From: Streptosporangiaceae bacterium
Lineage (GTDB): Bacteria; Actinomycetota; Actinomycetes; Streptosporangiales; Streptosporangiaceae
NCBI GenBank assembly: GCA_036558005.1
Contig: DATBGO010000144.1
Span: 12,004-76,003, forward strand
Direction of reading: 5' to 3'
DNA: 64,000 nt
Part shown: positions 52,927-61,273 of the stretch, piece after piece
Numbering within the stretch: position 1 is the first letter of the stretch
How the letters are laid out: every line of letters starts with the position of its first letter
Position numbers and translations under genes: made by a program
Notes under the pieces: model-generated
The model's input: the letters and a program-made list of their open reading frames with translations, nothing else
Database searches by the model: none
Told to the model about the DNA's origin: nothing

Positions 52927-55674
52927 CTAGCCGACCGAGGAGTAGGCCACGACGCCGCGGCGCAGGGCGTCGATGGCGTCCCGGGCGGTGGCGGCGACCG
53001 GGGCCGGGCTGGCGGCCGCGGCGATCTGGTCGAGCAGGTCGATCAGCTGCTTCACCGCGCGGACGAAGTCGCCGGGGGTCAGGTCCGGTGACAACAGCCG
53101 TTCCAGCCGCTGGCCGCTGGCCCAGGCGTGCGCCGCCCAGCCGAACCGCAGGTCCGGCTCGCGCAGGAACGACAGCTTGTGCTGCTTCTCGGCCTCGTCC
53201 AGCTCCTGCCAGACCCGTTCCATCTCGGCCAGCACGCCGCGGCAGCGGCCCGGCGGCAGCCGGGCCGGCGGGGCATCGTCGGCCTTGCGCTTCTCGAACG
53301 TCAGCGCTGACACGCAGGCGGCCAGCTCGGCGGGGTCCAGCTCGTCCCACAGGCCCCGGCGCAGCGACTCGGCGGTCAGCAGGTCAAGCTCGGTGTAGAG
53401 CCCGGCCAGCCGCCTGCCCTGCGCGGTGACCTTGCCGCCGTCCAGGTAACCCAGCTCGTCCAGCAGCGCGCACACCCGGTCGAAGGTCCGGGCGATGACG
53501 TGCGAGCGGCCGGCGATGCGCTGTTCGAGTTCCTCCGCATCGCGTTCCAGCCGCCATTGCCTTCCCGCCGCGCGGGCGTGCTGCTCCCGGTCCGGGCAGC
53601 GGTGGCAGGGATGCTCGCGCAGTTCCCTGCGCAGCCGGGTGATGTCGGCGTTGTCCGGCGCCCTGGCGGCCCGCGGCGGCCTGCCCAGGTCCCGGCCGGC
53701 CAGCTTGTTGCGCATGGTGGCGGCCAGGTCCTTCTTGAGCTTGGCCGAGCGGGTGCTGAACGCGCCGGGGACCTGGATCCGGTCGACCGGGCTGACCGGC
53801 CCGGCGAAATCAGTGACCGACAGCCGCTTGACCTGGTGGTTGTGGGTGAGCACCACCGGCTGCGGCCGTGCCCCGGCCAGGCTCACCTCCAGCACCACCG
53901 CCATCCCGGGGCGGCGCCCGCCGGTGACCCTGATGATGTCGCCGCGCTTCAGCTGCTCCAGCGACCGGTCCAGCTCCTTCCGCCGGGCCTGGGACCGCGT
54001 CTTGGACTGGCCGGCCTCCAGCTCGGTCAGCTCGCGGCGCAGCGCCGCGTACCCGGCGGCGTCGCCGAGCTCGCACTGCGGTGACAGGCTGGCGATCTCG
54101 GCCCGGAGCTTGCGCGCCCGCCGGGCCGCCCCGACGACCGCGCGGTCGGCCTGGAACTGCGCGAACGAGGACTCCAGCAGCGCGGCGGCGCGGTCCCGGC
54201 CGGCCCAGCCGACCAGGTTGACGGCCATGTTGTAGGACGGGCGGAAGCTGGAGGACAGCGGGTAGGTCCGGGTGCCGGCCAGCCCGGCCACCGCGCCGGG
54301 GTCGGTGCCCGGCAGCCACAGCACCACCGCGTGCCCCTCGACGTCGATCCCGCGCCGCCCGGCCCGGCCGGTCAGCTGGGTGTACTCCCCCGGGGTCAGC
54401 GCGGCGTGCTGCTCCCCGTTCCACTTGTCCAGCCGCTCGATGAGCACGGTCCTGGCCGGCATGTTGATGCCCAGCGCGAGCGTCTCGGTCGCGAACACGG
54501 CCCGGACCAGCCCGGCCGCGAACAGTTCCTCGACGACCTCCTTGAACGTCGGCAGCAGCCCGGCGTGGTGCGCGGCGATGCCGCGCCGCAGCCCGGCCAG
54601 CCAGTCCGCGTACCCCAGCACCCCCAGGTCCTCGGCGGGGATGTCCGCCACCCGGCGCTCGGCCAGCTCGGTGATCTGGGCTGCTTCCTCTGGCGTGGTC
54701 AGCCGCAGCCCGGCGGCCAGGCACTGCAGCACCGCCGCGTCACACCCGGCCCGGCTGAAGATGAACGTGATCGCGGGCAGCAGCCCGGCGGTGTCCAGCC
54801 GCTCGATCATCTGCGGCCTGCTGCTGACCCGGAACTGGTGCGGCCGGCGGCCGCCCCGGGCCGGGCGGCGCCCGCGGCCCTGGCCGCGGCCGGGACCGCG
54901 GCGCTGGGCCCAGTCGTCGCGCTGCGCGATCCTGATCAGCTCCGGGTTCACCACCGGGCGGCCGGCCCCGTTGCCGGACCGGGTGAACAGGTCGTAGAGC
55001 CGGGAGCCGACGAGCATGTGCTGCCACAGCGGCACCGGGCGCTGATCGTCGACGATCACGGTGGTGCCGCCGCGGACCTGGGACAGCCAGTCGCCGAATT
55101 CCTCGGCGTTGCTGACGGTGGCCGACAGCGCGACCAGCCGGACCGACTCGGGCAGGTGGATGATCACTTCTTCCCACACCGCGCCGCGGAACCGGTCAGC
55201 GAGGTAGTGCACCTCGTCCAGGACCACGTAGCCGAGGCCGGCCAGCGTCGGCGAGCCGGCGTAGAGCATGTTCCTGAGCACCTCGGTGGTCATCACCACC
55301 ACCGGCGCCTCGCCGTTGACGCTGTTGTCCCCGGTGAGCAGGCCGACCTTGGCGGCGGAGTAGCGCCGGACCAGGTCGGAGTACTTCTGGTTGGAAAGCG
55401 CCTTGATCGGCGTGGTGTAGAAGCATTTGCGGCCTTCGGCCAGGGCCAGGTGCACGGCGAACTCGCCGACGACGGTCTTGCCCGATCCGGTCGGGGCGGC
55501 CAGCAGCACGCCGTGGCCGGCGTCCAGGGCACGGCAGGACCGCAGCTGGAAGTCGTCGAAGGTGAAGTCGTACAGCTGCTGGAAGGCGGTGAGTGCCGGT
55601 CCGTCCTGGGCGATTCGCCTGGTTGCCGCCGCGTAGCGTTCCGCGGGACTGGCCGGGCCAGCCGGGGTGCTCAT
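52927..55674 (-). CDS. helY: Ski2-like DEAD/DEAH-box RNA helicase HelY
   Basis: LAAPTGSGKT, DEVHYL, SAT, HHAGLLP, TETLALGINMPAR, GRAGRRG plus a C-terminal DSHCT-like domain. Adjacent to tatC as in mycobacteria. Confidence 0.9.
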   Translation of the reverse strand: MSTPAGPASPAERYAAATRRIAQDGPALTAFQQLYDFTFDDFQLRSCRALDAGHGVLLAAPTGSGKTVVGEFAVHLALAEGRKCFYTTPIKALSNQKYSDLVRRYSAAKVGLLTGDNSVNGEAPVVVMTTEVLRNMLYAGSPTLAGLGYVVLDEVHYLADRFRGAVWEEVIIHLPESVRLVALSATVSNAEEFGDWLSQVRGGTTVIVDDQRPVPLWQHMLVGSRLYDLFTRSGNGAGRPVVNPELIRIAQRDDWAQRRGPGRGQGRGRRPARGGRRPHQFRVSSRPQMIERLDTAGLLPAITFIFSRAGCDAAVLQCLAAGLRLTTPEEAAQITELAERRVADIPAEDLGVLGYADWLAGLRRGIAAHHAGLLPTFKEVVEELFAAGLVRAVFATETLALGINMPARTVLIERLDKWNGEQHAALTPGEYTQLTGRAGRRGIDVEGHAVVLWLPGTDPGAVAGLAGTRTYPLSSSFRPSYNMAVNLVGWAGRDRAAALLESSFAQFQADRAVVGAARRARKLRAEIASLSPQCELGDAAGYAALRRELTELEAGQSKTRSQARRKELDRSLEQLKRGDIIRVTGGRRPGMAVVLEVSLAGARPQPVVLTHNHQVKRLSVTDFAGPVSPVDRIQVPGAFSTRSAKLKKDLAATMRNKLAGRDLGRPPRAARAPDNADITRLRRELREHPCHRCPDREQHARAAGRQWRLERDAEELEQRIAGRSHVIARTFDRVCALLDELGYLDGGKVTAQGRRLAGLYTELDLLTAESLRRGLWDELDPAELAACVSALTFEKRKADDAPPARLPPGRCRGVLAEMERVWQELDEAEKQHKLSFLREPDLRFGWAAHAWASGQRLERLLSPDLTPGDFVRAVKQLIDLLDQIAAAASPAPVAATARDAIDALRRGVVAYSSVG

Positions 55675-55724
55675 GCGATCAAGCCTAGGCGCAGCCCGCC
55701 GCTGGCCGTGCAGGTGCCGCCGTG

Positions 55725-56642
55725 CTAGCCCTGGCCGCCCGGCCGGCCCGCGTCGACGCCGTCGCGCGAATCCTCGTCCAGGTCGAGGGGCATCAGCTCA
55801 TCCGGCGAGATGCCGGGGTAGGGCGAATCCCTGTTGGCCCGCCGCCGGTCGTTCATCCACGCGAGCAGCTCGGCGATCTCGACCAGGGCCACGCACGGCA
55901 CCGCGAGCAGCAGCATGCTGATCGGGTCCGGGCTCGGCGTGAACACCGCGGCGAACAGGAAGACCACGAAGATGATCATCCTGCGCCACTTCCTGAACAG
56001 CCGGTGCGGCATCACCCCGGCCATGTTGAGCAGCGTCAGCACCAGCGGCAGCTCGAACGCGAGCCCGAAGATCAGCAGCATCGCGATCGCGTAGCCGAGA
56101 TAGGTGTTGATCGTGATGATCGGGACCACGTTGTTCGGGACCATCTCGATCAGGAACCGCAGCCCCTTGGTCATCGCGAAGTAGGCGATCGCGCCGCCGA
56201 GCGCGAACAGCGGGATGGACGAGCCCGCGAACAGGTACGCCCAGCGGCGCTCGCGGTGGTACAGGCCGGGCGCGATGAACGCCCACAGCTGGTACATCCA
56301 CACCGGCGAGGACACGATCACGCCGGTGATCAGGGAGATCTTCAGCCGCAGGAACAGCGAGTCGAACAGGCCGGTCACGTACAGCGAGCAGTTCTGCCCG
56401 TGGGTCAGCTCGCTGTGCAGGTGCAGCCGGCAGTACGGCGCCTCGATGAAATGCCACACGTGCGGGTAGACGATCCAGCCGAGCACCGCCCCGACAGCGA
56501 CCGCGAGCAGCATCTTGAAGACCCGGTTGCGCAGCTCGCGGACATGGTCGAGCAGGGGCATCCGGGCTTCCGGATTAGCGGCCCGCGCCTGCCCCGGGAT
56601 CCGCCGCCGGCGCTTGTCGGCGGGCCCGTCCGGATTGGCCAT
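55725..56642 (-). CDS. tatC: Twin-arginine translocase subunit TatC
   Basis: MPLLDHVRELRNRV..., six TM segments, FIAPGLY..ER, TPSPDP. Alternative start ATG 56561 (at MPLLDH). Confidence 0.9.
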   Translation of the reverse strand: MANPDGPADKRRRRIPGQARAANPEARMPLLDHVRELRNRVFKMLLAVAVGAVLGWIVYPHVWHFIEAPYCRLHLHSELTHGQNCSLYVTGLFDSLFLRLKISLITGVIVSSPVWMYQLWAFIAPGLYHRERRWAYLFAGSSIPLFALGGAIAYFAMTKGLRFLIEMVPNNVVPIITINTYLGYAIAMLLIFGLAFELPLVLTLLNMAGVMPHRLFRKWRRMIIFVVFLFAAVFTPSPDPISMLLLAVPCVALVEIAELLAWMNDRRRANRDSPYPGISPDELMPLDLDEDSRDGVDAGRPGGQG

Positions 56643-56654
56643 GACGGGACGACG

Positions 56655-56993
56655 CTAGGACGTCTGCTGGTTCTGCGGCGCCTCGGGAGCCGGGGCACCG
56701 CCTGTCCCGGCCGACTGCTGCTGGAGTTCCCTCAGCTGGCGCTGCAGGTCCTGCAGCTGCTGCTGGGTGGCGTCCTGGCCAGGGGCGGGCTGCGGCGGGT
56801 TCGCGGTGAGCGCGGCCGGAGGCAGGTTGACCGGGGTGTCCTGCTTGTCCTCTTCGAGTCCCTTGACTGACTTCTTGAAGATGTGCATGGACTGGCCGAG
56901 AGCCTTGGCGGCACCGGGCAGCCGCGTCGAACCGAACAGCAGAAGAACCACAATCAGCAAGATGATGATGTGTGGTGCGCTGGGATCGAACAT
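56655..56993 (-). CDS. tatA: Twin-arginine translocase subunit TatA
   Basis: MFDPSAPHIIILLIVVLLLFGSTRLPGAAKALGQSMHIFKKSVKG. GAGGAA RBS 6 nt before ATG 56993. Confidence 0.9.
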   Translation of the reverse strand: MFDPSAPHIIILLIVVLLLFGSTRLPGAAKALGQSMHIFKKSVKGLEEDKQDTPVNLPPAALTANPPQPAPGQDATQQQLQDLQRQLRELQQQSAGTGGAPAPEAPQNQQTS

Positions 56994-57082
56994 GTCATTC
57001 CTCAATTCAGCGGAGTGCCCGTGCGCTGAGTCCTGCGGATGAGTCTACACGCGCACCTGGCAAATCGCCCGGAGCAGCCAGG

Positions 57083-58090
57083 TCAGCCGTAGAGCGCCAG
57101 CGCCACCTCGGCGTCCTCGCGGACCGCGGCGGCCAGCTCCGGCGGCGAGATCACCCGGCCGTCCCCGCCCAGCCGCAGCGCCAGCCGCCGCACCCACCGG
57201 GCGTCGGGGGTGAGCAGGCTCACCCGAAGCCGGCCCTCGTCCAGCTCGGTGACCGACTGGCAGGGGTAGTACTCGGCCACCCAGCGGCCGGCCGGGGACA
57301 CCTCGAGCACCACCTCGGTGTCGCCGGGCGAGGGCCGGAACAGCCCCTCGTCCACGTTGCGCGGCTGGGCCTCCCCCGGCACCTCGGCCGGCTGGTCCAG
57401 CACGGTCAGCGCCAGCACCCGGTCCAGCCGGAACAGCCGGACCGCCTCGGCCCGGCGGCACCAGCCCTCCAGGTAGGTCCGGCCGTCCACCATCAGCAGC
57501 CGCATCGGGTCCACGTCCCGCTCGGTGGCCTCGTCCCGGCCCGGGACGTAGTAGGACAGGTGCAGCCGCCTGCCCCGGTCCACCCCGTCCCGCAGCTGGT
57601 CCAGCATGCTGCCCGCGGCGGGCCCGTCCACCTGCACCGCGACCTGGGCGCTGACCGCCCCGGCGGCCCCGGCTGCGGCCTCCAGCTTGGCGATCGTCCG
57701 GCTGAGCGCCGAGCGGTCCTCCAGCGCGGGCACCTCGGCCAGCATCCGCAGCGCGATCAGCAGCGCGCTGGCCTCGTCCACCCCGAGCCGCAGCGGCCGG
57801 TCGATCGACTCGGCCTGGCTGACCATGATCTCGCCGCCCTCGTAGGACAGGTCGATCGGGCAGTACGGGTCCGGCGAGCGCAGCTCGACGCACCACAGCA
57901 TGTTCAGGTCGTCGACCAGCTGGCGCTCGGTGACCCCGAACGCCGCGGCCGTCTCGGCCAGCCCGACCACGTTCCTGCTGACCACGTACGGCACCAGCGC
58001 CAGCAGCCGCTGCAGCCGGTCGGCCGCGGTCGCTGGCCGGCCCGGCTGGCCGTCGGCCATCGCGGGGCCGGCCGGCGCTGTGGTGGTCAT
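57083..58090 (-). CDS. pafC: PafC (HTH-WYL-WCX transcriptional regulator subunit)
   Basis: RLQRLLALVPYVV....GLAETAAAFGVTERQLVDDLNMLW, a WYL-type domain (LHLSYYVPGRDEATERDVDPMRLLMVDGRTYLEGWC), and position between pafB and tatA. Only the last 335 codons of the 1022-codon track ORF are used. Confidence 0.85.
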   Translation of the reverse strand: MTTTAPAGPAMADGQPGRPATAADRLQRLLALVPYVVSRNVVGLAETAAAFGVTERQLVDDLNMLWCVELRSPDPYCPIDLSYEGGEIMVSQAESIDRPLRLGVDEASALLIALRMLAEVPALEDRSALSRTIAKLEAAAGAAGAVSAQVAVQVDGPAAGSMLDQLRDGVDRGRRLHLSYYVPGRDEATERDVDPMRLLMVDGRTYLEGWCRRAEAVRLFRLDRVLALTVLDQPAEVPGEAQPRNVDEGLFRPSPGDTEVVLEVSPAGRWVAEYYPCQSVTELDEGRLRVSLLTPDARWVRRLALRLGGDGRVISPPELAAAVREDAEVALALYG

Positions 58091-59049
58091 GCCAGCACCC
58101 CCTTCAGCCGCCCGATGACGGCGTCGCGCAGGTCGGCGGGCTCGATCGCGACCACGTCCGGGCCGCAGGAGGCGATCTGGTCGCTGAACCAGCCGATGTC
58201 GGCGAACGTCAGGCTGACCAGGTCCCAGCCCGGGTGCTCGTGGTCGGGCTGCTGGCTGGCGGCCTGCTGCCGGAGCCAGAACCCGGCCCCGTCGCGGACC
58301 CGCAGCACCGCCTCCCTGCGCTCGTCGGGCTGGCTGTCCCAGTCCCTGACCGTCTCCCTGACCTCGGTCCCCTCCGGCACGGTGACCGAGCCGGGCGGCC
58401 CGCAGAACCGGACCGGGCCCTCGATCCGGCTGAGCCGGAACACCCGGGCCTGGCCGCGGTCGGTGTCGTTGCCCGCCACGTACCAGCGGCCGTGCCGGTT
58501 GACCACGCCCCAGGGCTCCAGGTGCCGCTCCTGCGCCGCGCTGCGGCCCGCGGCCCGGTAGGCGAAGCTGACCGGCCTGGCGTCCCTGACCGCCTGCCAC
58601 AGCGGCGCGAAGGCCGGCTCGCCGGTCTGCAGCCTCGGCTCGATCCCCGGCTGCGTGGTCTCCTGCGCGTCGATGCCGGCCGCCCGCAGCTTCAGCAGTC
58701 CGCCGGCAGCCGCGCCAGCCAGCTCGGCCCGGTGCCAGACCCGGGCGGCCAGCCCGAGGATCGCCGCCTCGTCCGGCTCGAGCCTGATCTCGGGCAGGCC
58801 GTAGGCCTGCCGCGGTATCCGGTAGCCCGGCTCGTCGTCCAGCGCGGAGTTCGCCCCGGTTTCCAGCGGGATGCCCAGCTCCCTGAGCTCGTCCTTGTCC
58901 CGCTCGAACATGCGCTTGAACGCCTCGAACGACTCCGGGTACCCGGGCACCGCCTCCCTGATCTGGGCCGCGGTCAGGTACCGGCGCGCCGACAGCAGGC
59001 ACACCACGAGGCTGAGCAGCCGTTCGGTCTTCCGCCTGGACATCGCCAT
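58087..59049 (-). CDS. pafB: PafB (HTH-WYL-WCX transcriptional regulator subunit)
   Basis: RKTERLLSLVVCLLSARRYLTAAQIREAVPGY....FKRMFERDKDELRELGIPLET, WYL domain VSFAYRAAGRSAAQERHLEPWGVVNRHGRWYVAG. ATGA overlap with pafC. Confidence 0.85.
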   Translation of the reverse strand: MAMSRRKTERLLSLVVCLLSARRYLTAAQIREAVPGYPESFEAFKRMFERDKDELRELGIPLETGANSALDDEPGYRIPRQAYGLPEIRLEPDEAAILGLAARVWHRAELAGAAAGGLLKLRAAGIDAQETTQPGIEPRLQTGEPAFAPLWQAVRDARPVSFAYRAAGRSAAQERHLEPWGVVNRHGRWYVAGNDTDRGQARVFRLSRIEGPVRFCGPPGSVTVPEGTEVRETVRDWDSQPDERREAVLRVRDGAGFWLRQQAASQQPDHEHPGWDLVSLTFADIGWFSDQIASCGPDVVAIEPADLRDAVIGRLKGVLA

Positions 59050-59080
59050 CCCTTTCCCGGTCCGACGCTACCCTGCCGGA

Positions 59081-60181
59081 GTGATCAGATGGCGTAGTGG
59101 CGTGGTTTCCGCCGTCCGGCGGGAGTGGGCCGGGGCGGTCGAGCTGGAGGTGAGCGGCGGCGCCGGGCCGCTGCGCGCGCTGGCCTACCCGCGGCTGACC
59201 GGCCGGCCCCGCCCCGGCGACCGGGTGCTGCTCAACACCAGCGCGCTCGACCTTGGCCTGGGCACCGGCGGGTACGCCCTGGTGATCGCGATCCCGGACC
59301 GGCTGCCGCCGGACCCGGACGGGCCCGGGCACCTGGTCAAGGCGCGGTACACGCCGCTGCAGGCCTGCGTGCTCGGCGCGGACGAGCAGGGCTCGCCCCA
59401 TCACCAGGTGCTGGCCGAGGCCGACGACCTGGCCGGGATGCCGGTGGTGGTGGCCGACCTGCATTCGGCGCTGCCCGCGGTGCTGGCCGCCTACCGTGCG
59501 CAACGCCAGTCCGGGCCCGGTCCCGCCGCCGGGGCCGGCCGGGTGGTCTACGTGATGCTGGACGGCGGGGCGCTGCCGGCCTGGTTCTCCCGCACCAGCG
59601 CGCAGCTGCGCGAGGCCGGCTGGCTGGCCGCGACCGTCACCGTGGGCCAGTCGTTCGGCGGTGACCTGGAGGCGGTGACGCTGCACACCGGGCTGCTCGC
59701 GGCCCGGCACGTGCTCGGCGCGGACCTGGCCGTGGTGTCGCAGGGCCCGGGGAACCTGGGCACCGGCACCAGGTGGGGGTTCTCCGGGGTGGCCAGCGGC
59801 GAGGCGGTGAACGCGGCGGCGGTGCTGGCCGGGCGGCCGGTCGCCTCGCTGCGGGTCAGCGAGGCCGACCCGCGCGAGCGGCACCGCGGCGTCTCCCACC
59901 ACAGCCTGACCGCTTACGGCCGGGTCGCGCTGGCCCGGGCCGACGTGGTGCTGCCGGACCTGCCCGGGGAGTTCGGCGCCCGGCTGCGGGCGCAGGCGGC
60001 CCCGCTGGCGGCCGCGCACAACCTGGTGCAGGTCAGCGTGGACGGCCTGGCCGAGGTGCTGCGCGGCTGCCCGGTGCGGCTGTCCACCATGGGCCGCGGC
60101 CTCGACCAGGACCTGGCCTACTTCCTGGCCGCCGCCGCGGCCGGGCGGCACGCCGCCACCCTGGCCGGGCCGGCTGGCTGA
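59081..60181 (+). CDS. DUF3866-family protein
   Basis: VIRWRSGVVSAVRREWAGAVELEV...RALAYPRLTGRPRPGDRVLLNTSALDLGLGTGGYALVIA...LVKARYTPLQ matches my recollection of DUF3866. TACCCT lies 6 nt before GTG 59081. Confidence 0.7.
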   Translation: MIRWRSGVVSAVRREWAGAVELEVSGGAGPLRALAYPRLTGRPRPGDRVLLNTSALDLGLGTGGYALVIAIPDRLPPDPDGPGHLVKARYTPLQACVLGADEQGSPHHQVLAEADDLAGMPVVVADLHSALPAVLAAYRAQRQSGPGPAAGAGRVVYVMLDGGALPAWFSRTSAQLREAGWLAATVTVGQSFGGDLEAVTLHTGLLAARHVLGADLAVVSQGPGNLGTGTRWGFSGVASGEAVNAAAVLAGRPVASLRVSEADPRERHRGVSHHSLTAYGRVALARADVVLPDLPGEFGARLRAQAAPLAAAHNLVQVSVDGLAEVLRGCPVRLSTMGRGLDQDLAYFLAAAAAGRHAATLAGPAG

Positions 60182-60188
60182 CCGCCGC

Positions 60189-60213
60189 GGCCCTGGCCGT
60201 GCTGGCCAGGGCC
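60189..60213. terminator. Perfect 10-bp hairpin between convergent genes (bidirectional terminator candidate)
   Basis: GGCCCTGGCC gtgct GGCCAGGGCC, 8 nt after the DUF3866 stop and 10 nt after the FKBP stop. No U-tract. Confidence 0.5.
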
Positions 60214-60222
60214 GCGCCCTGG

Positions 60223-61179
60223 TCAGGCCGGGGACGCGCTGACCGCGCCGAGGATGTCCACCACGAACACCAGGGTGTCGGTGCCCTTGATGCCCGCCTG
60301 GGAGTTGCCGGTCTTGCCGTAGCCGTCCTTGGGCGGGATCACCAGCAGCACCCGGCTGCCGATCGGCACGCCGACCAGGCCCTTGTCCCAGCCGGGGATG
60401 ATCTGCGCGGGGCTGGCGTCCAGCTGGAACCCGAACGGGGCGCCGCGCGACCAGGACGAGTCGAAGGTCTTGCCGGTCCGGTACAGCACGCCGACGTACT
60501 GGGTGATGACCTCCTGGCCCTTGGCCAGCGGCGCGCCGGTGCCCTTGATCAGGGTCTTGACGACGAGCTTGCCGGACGGGCTGGTGGACGGGATCTTGAC
60601 GGTCGGCGCGCTGCCCGGGTGCGGGACCACCGTGGGCAGCCCGCTGCCGCCGTTGGAGACCTGGCTGCCCGACGCGGACGCGGTCGCGGGGAAGTCCTTG
60701 ATCATGTCGACGACGAACACCAGCGTGTCATTCGCCTTGACGCCGACCTGCGAGTTGCCGGTCTTGCCGTAGGCGTACTTCGGCGGCAGCACGGCCAGCA
60801 CCCGGCTGCCCATCTTCTTGCCGCGCAGCGCGGTCTCCAGGCCGGGCAGCAGCGAGCCGGACAGGACCTGCGGGGCCTGGTTGTAGGTGCTCAGCGCCAG
60901 CTTGTGCGTGCTCCCGCTCCAGATATAGACCACATAATTGCCGACGAATGCGTCTGTCTTGGCCAGTGCGGGCCCGTTTCCGGCAATCTCGGTCTTGACC
61001 GACAGGTTACTCCCGGCCTTTTTGGAGGGGATCTTGACGGCGGGCGCCTTGCCGAATGGGCCGGACACGGTGACCGACGTGTTCGGGCTGGCGGCAGCCG
61101 ATGGCTTGGAGCTACCGCAGCCCGCCAGGGCTGCGACGGCAATCAGCGGAACGAATAGCGCTGCAGTAATGCGTCGCAT
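60223..61179 (-). CDS. Lipoprotein with two tandem FKBP-type peptidyl-prolyl isomerase domains
   Basis: Signal peptide and lipobox LAGC. Two copies of the FKBP core (...VVYIWSGSTH...LVFVVDMI and ...YVGVLYRTGKTFDSSW...PGWDKGLVGVPIGSRVLLVIPP..GYG...TLVFVVDIL). Confidence 0.85.
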   Translation of the reverse strand: MRRITAALFVPLIAVAALAGCGSSKPSAAASPNTSVTVSGPFGKAPAVKIPSKKAGSNLSVKTEIAGNGPALAKTDAFVGNYVVYIWSGSTHKLALSTYNQAPQVLSGSLLPGLETALRGKKMGSRVLAVLPPKYAYGKTGNSQVGVKANDTLVFVVDMIKDFPATASASGSQVSNGGSGLPTVVPHPGSAPTVKIPSTSPSGKLVVKTLIKGTGAPLAKGQEVITQYVGVLYRTGKTFDSSWSRGAPFGFQLDASPAQIIPGWDKGLVGVPIGSRVLLVIPPKDGYGKTGNSQAGIKGTDTLVFVVDILGAVSASPA

Positions 61180-61224
61180 GAAAAACCTCGTTGTCGGGTT
61201 CGTGAGCCAGGCCAGCCTACCCGG

Positions 61225-61246
61225 TTAAACAGGCGGCATCGCCGCC
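61225..61246 (-). terminator. Short hairpin followed by TGTTTAA downstream of the GT2-fusion gene
   Basis: On the minus strand GGCGGC gat GCCGCC is followed by TGTTTAA, about 28 nt after the stop at 61274. Confidence 0.35.
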
Positions 61247-61273
61247 GCGCACCGGGGGGCCGGGCGCCGGGGC

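Noticed and set aside
59050-59080. PafBC-dependent (RecA-NDp type) promoter motif in the pafB/DUF3866 intergenic region.
   Set aside because: The sequence 8 nt upstream of the TACCCT hexamer (CTTTCCCGG) does not resemble the TGTCGGTG-like element.
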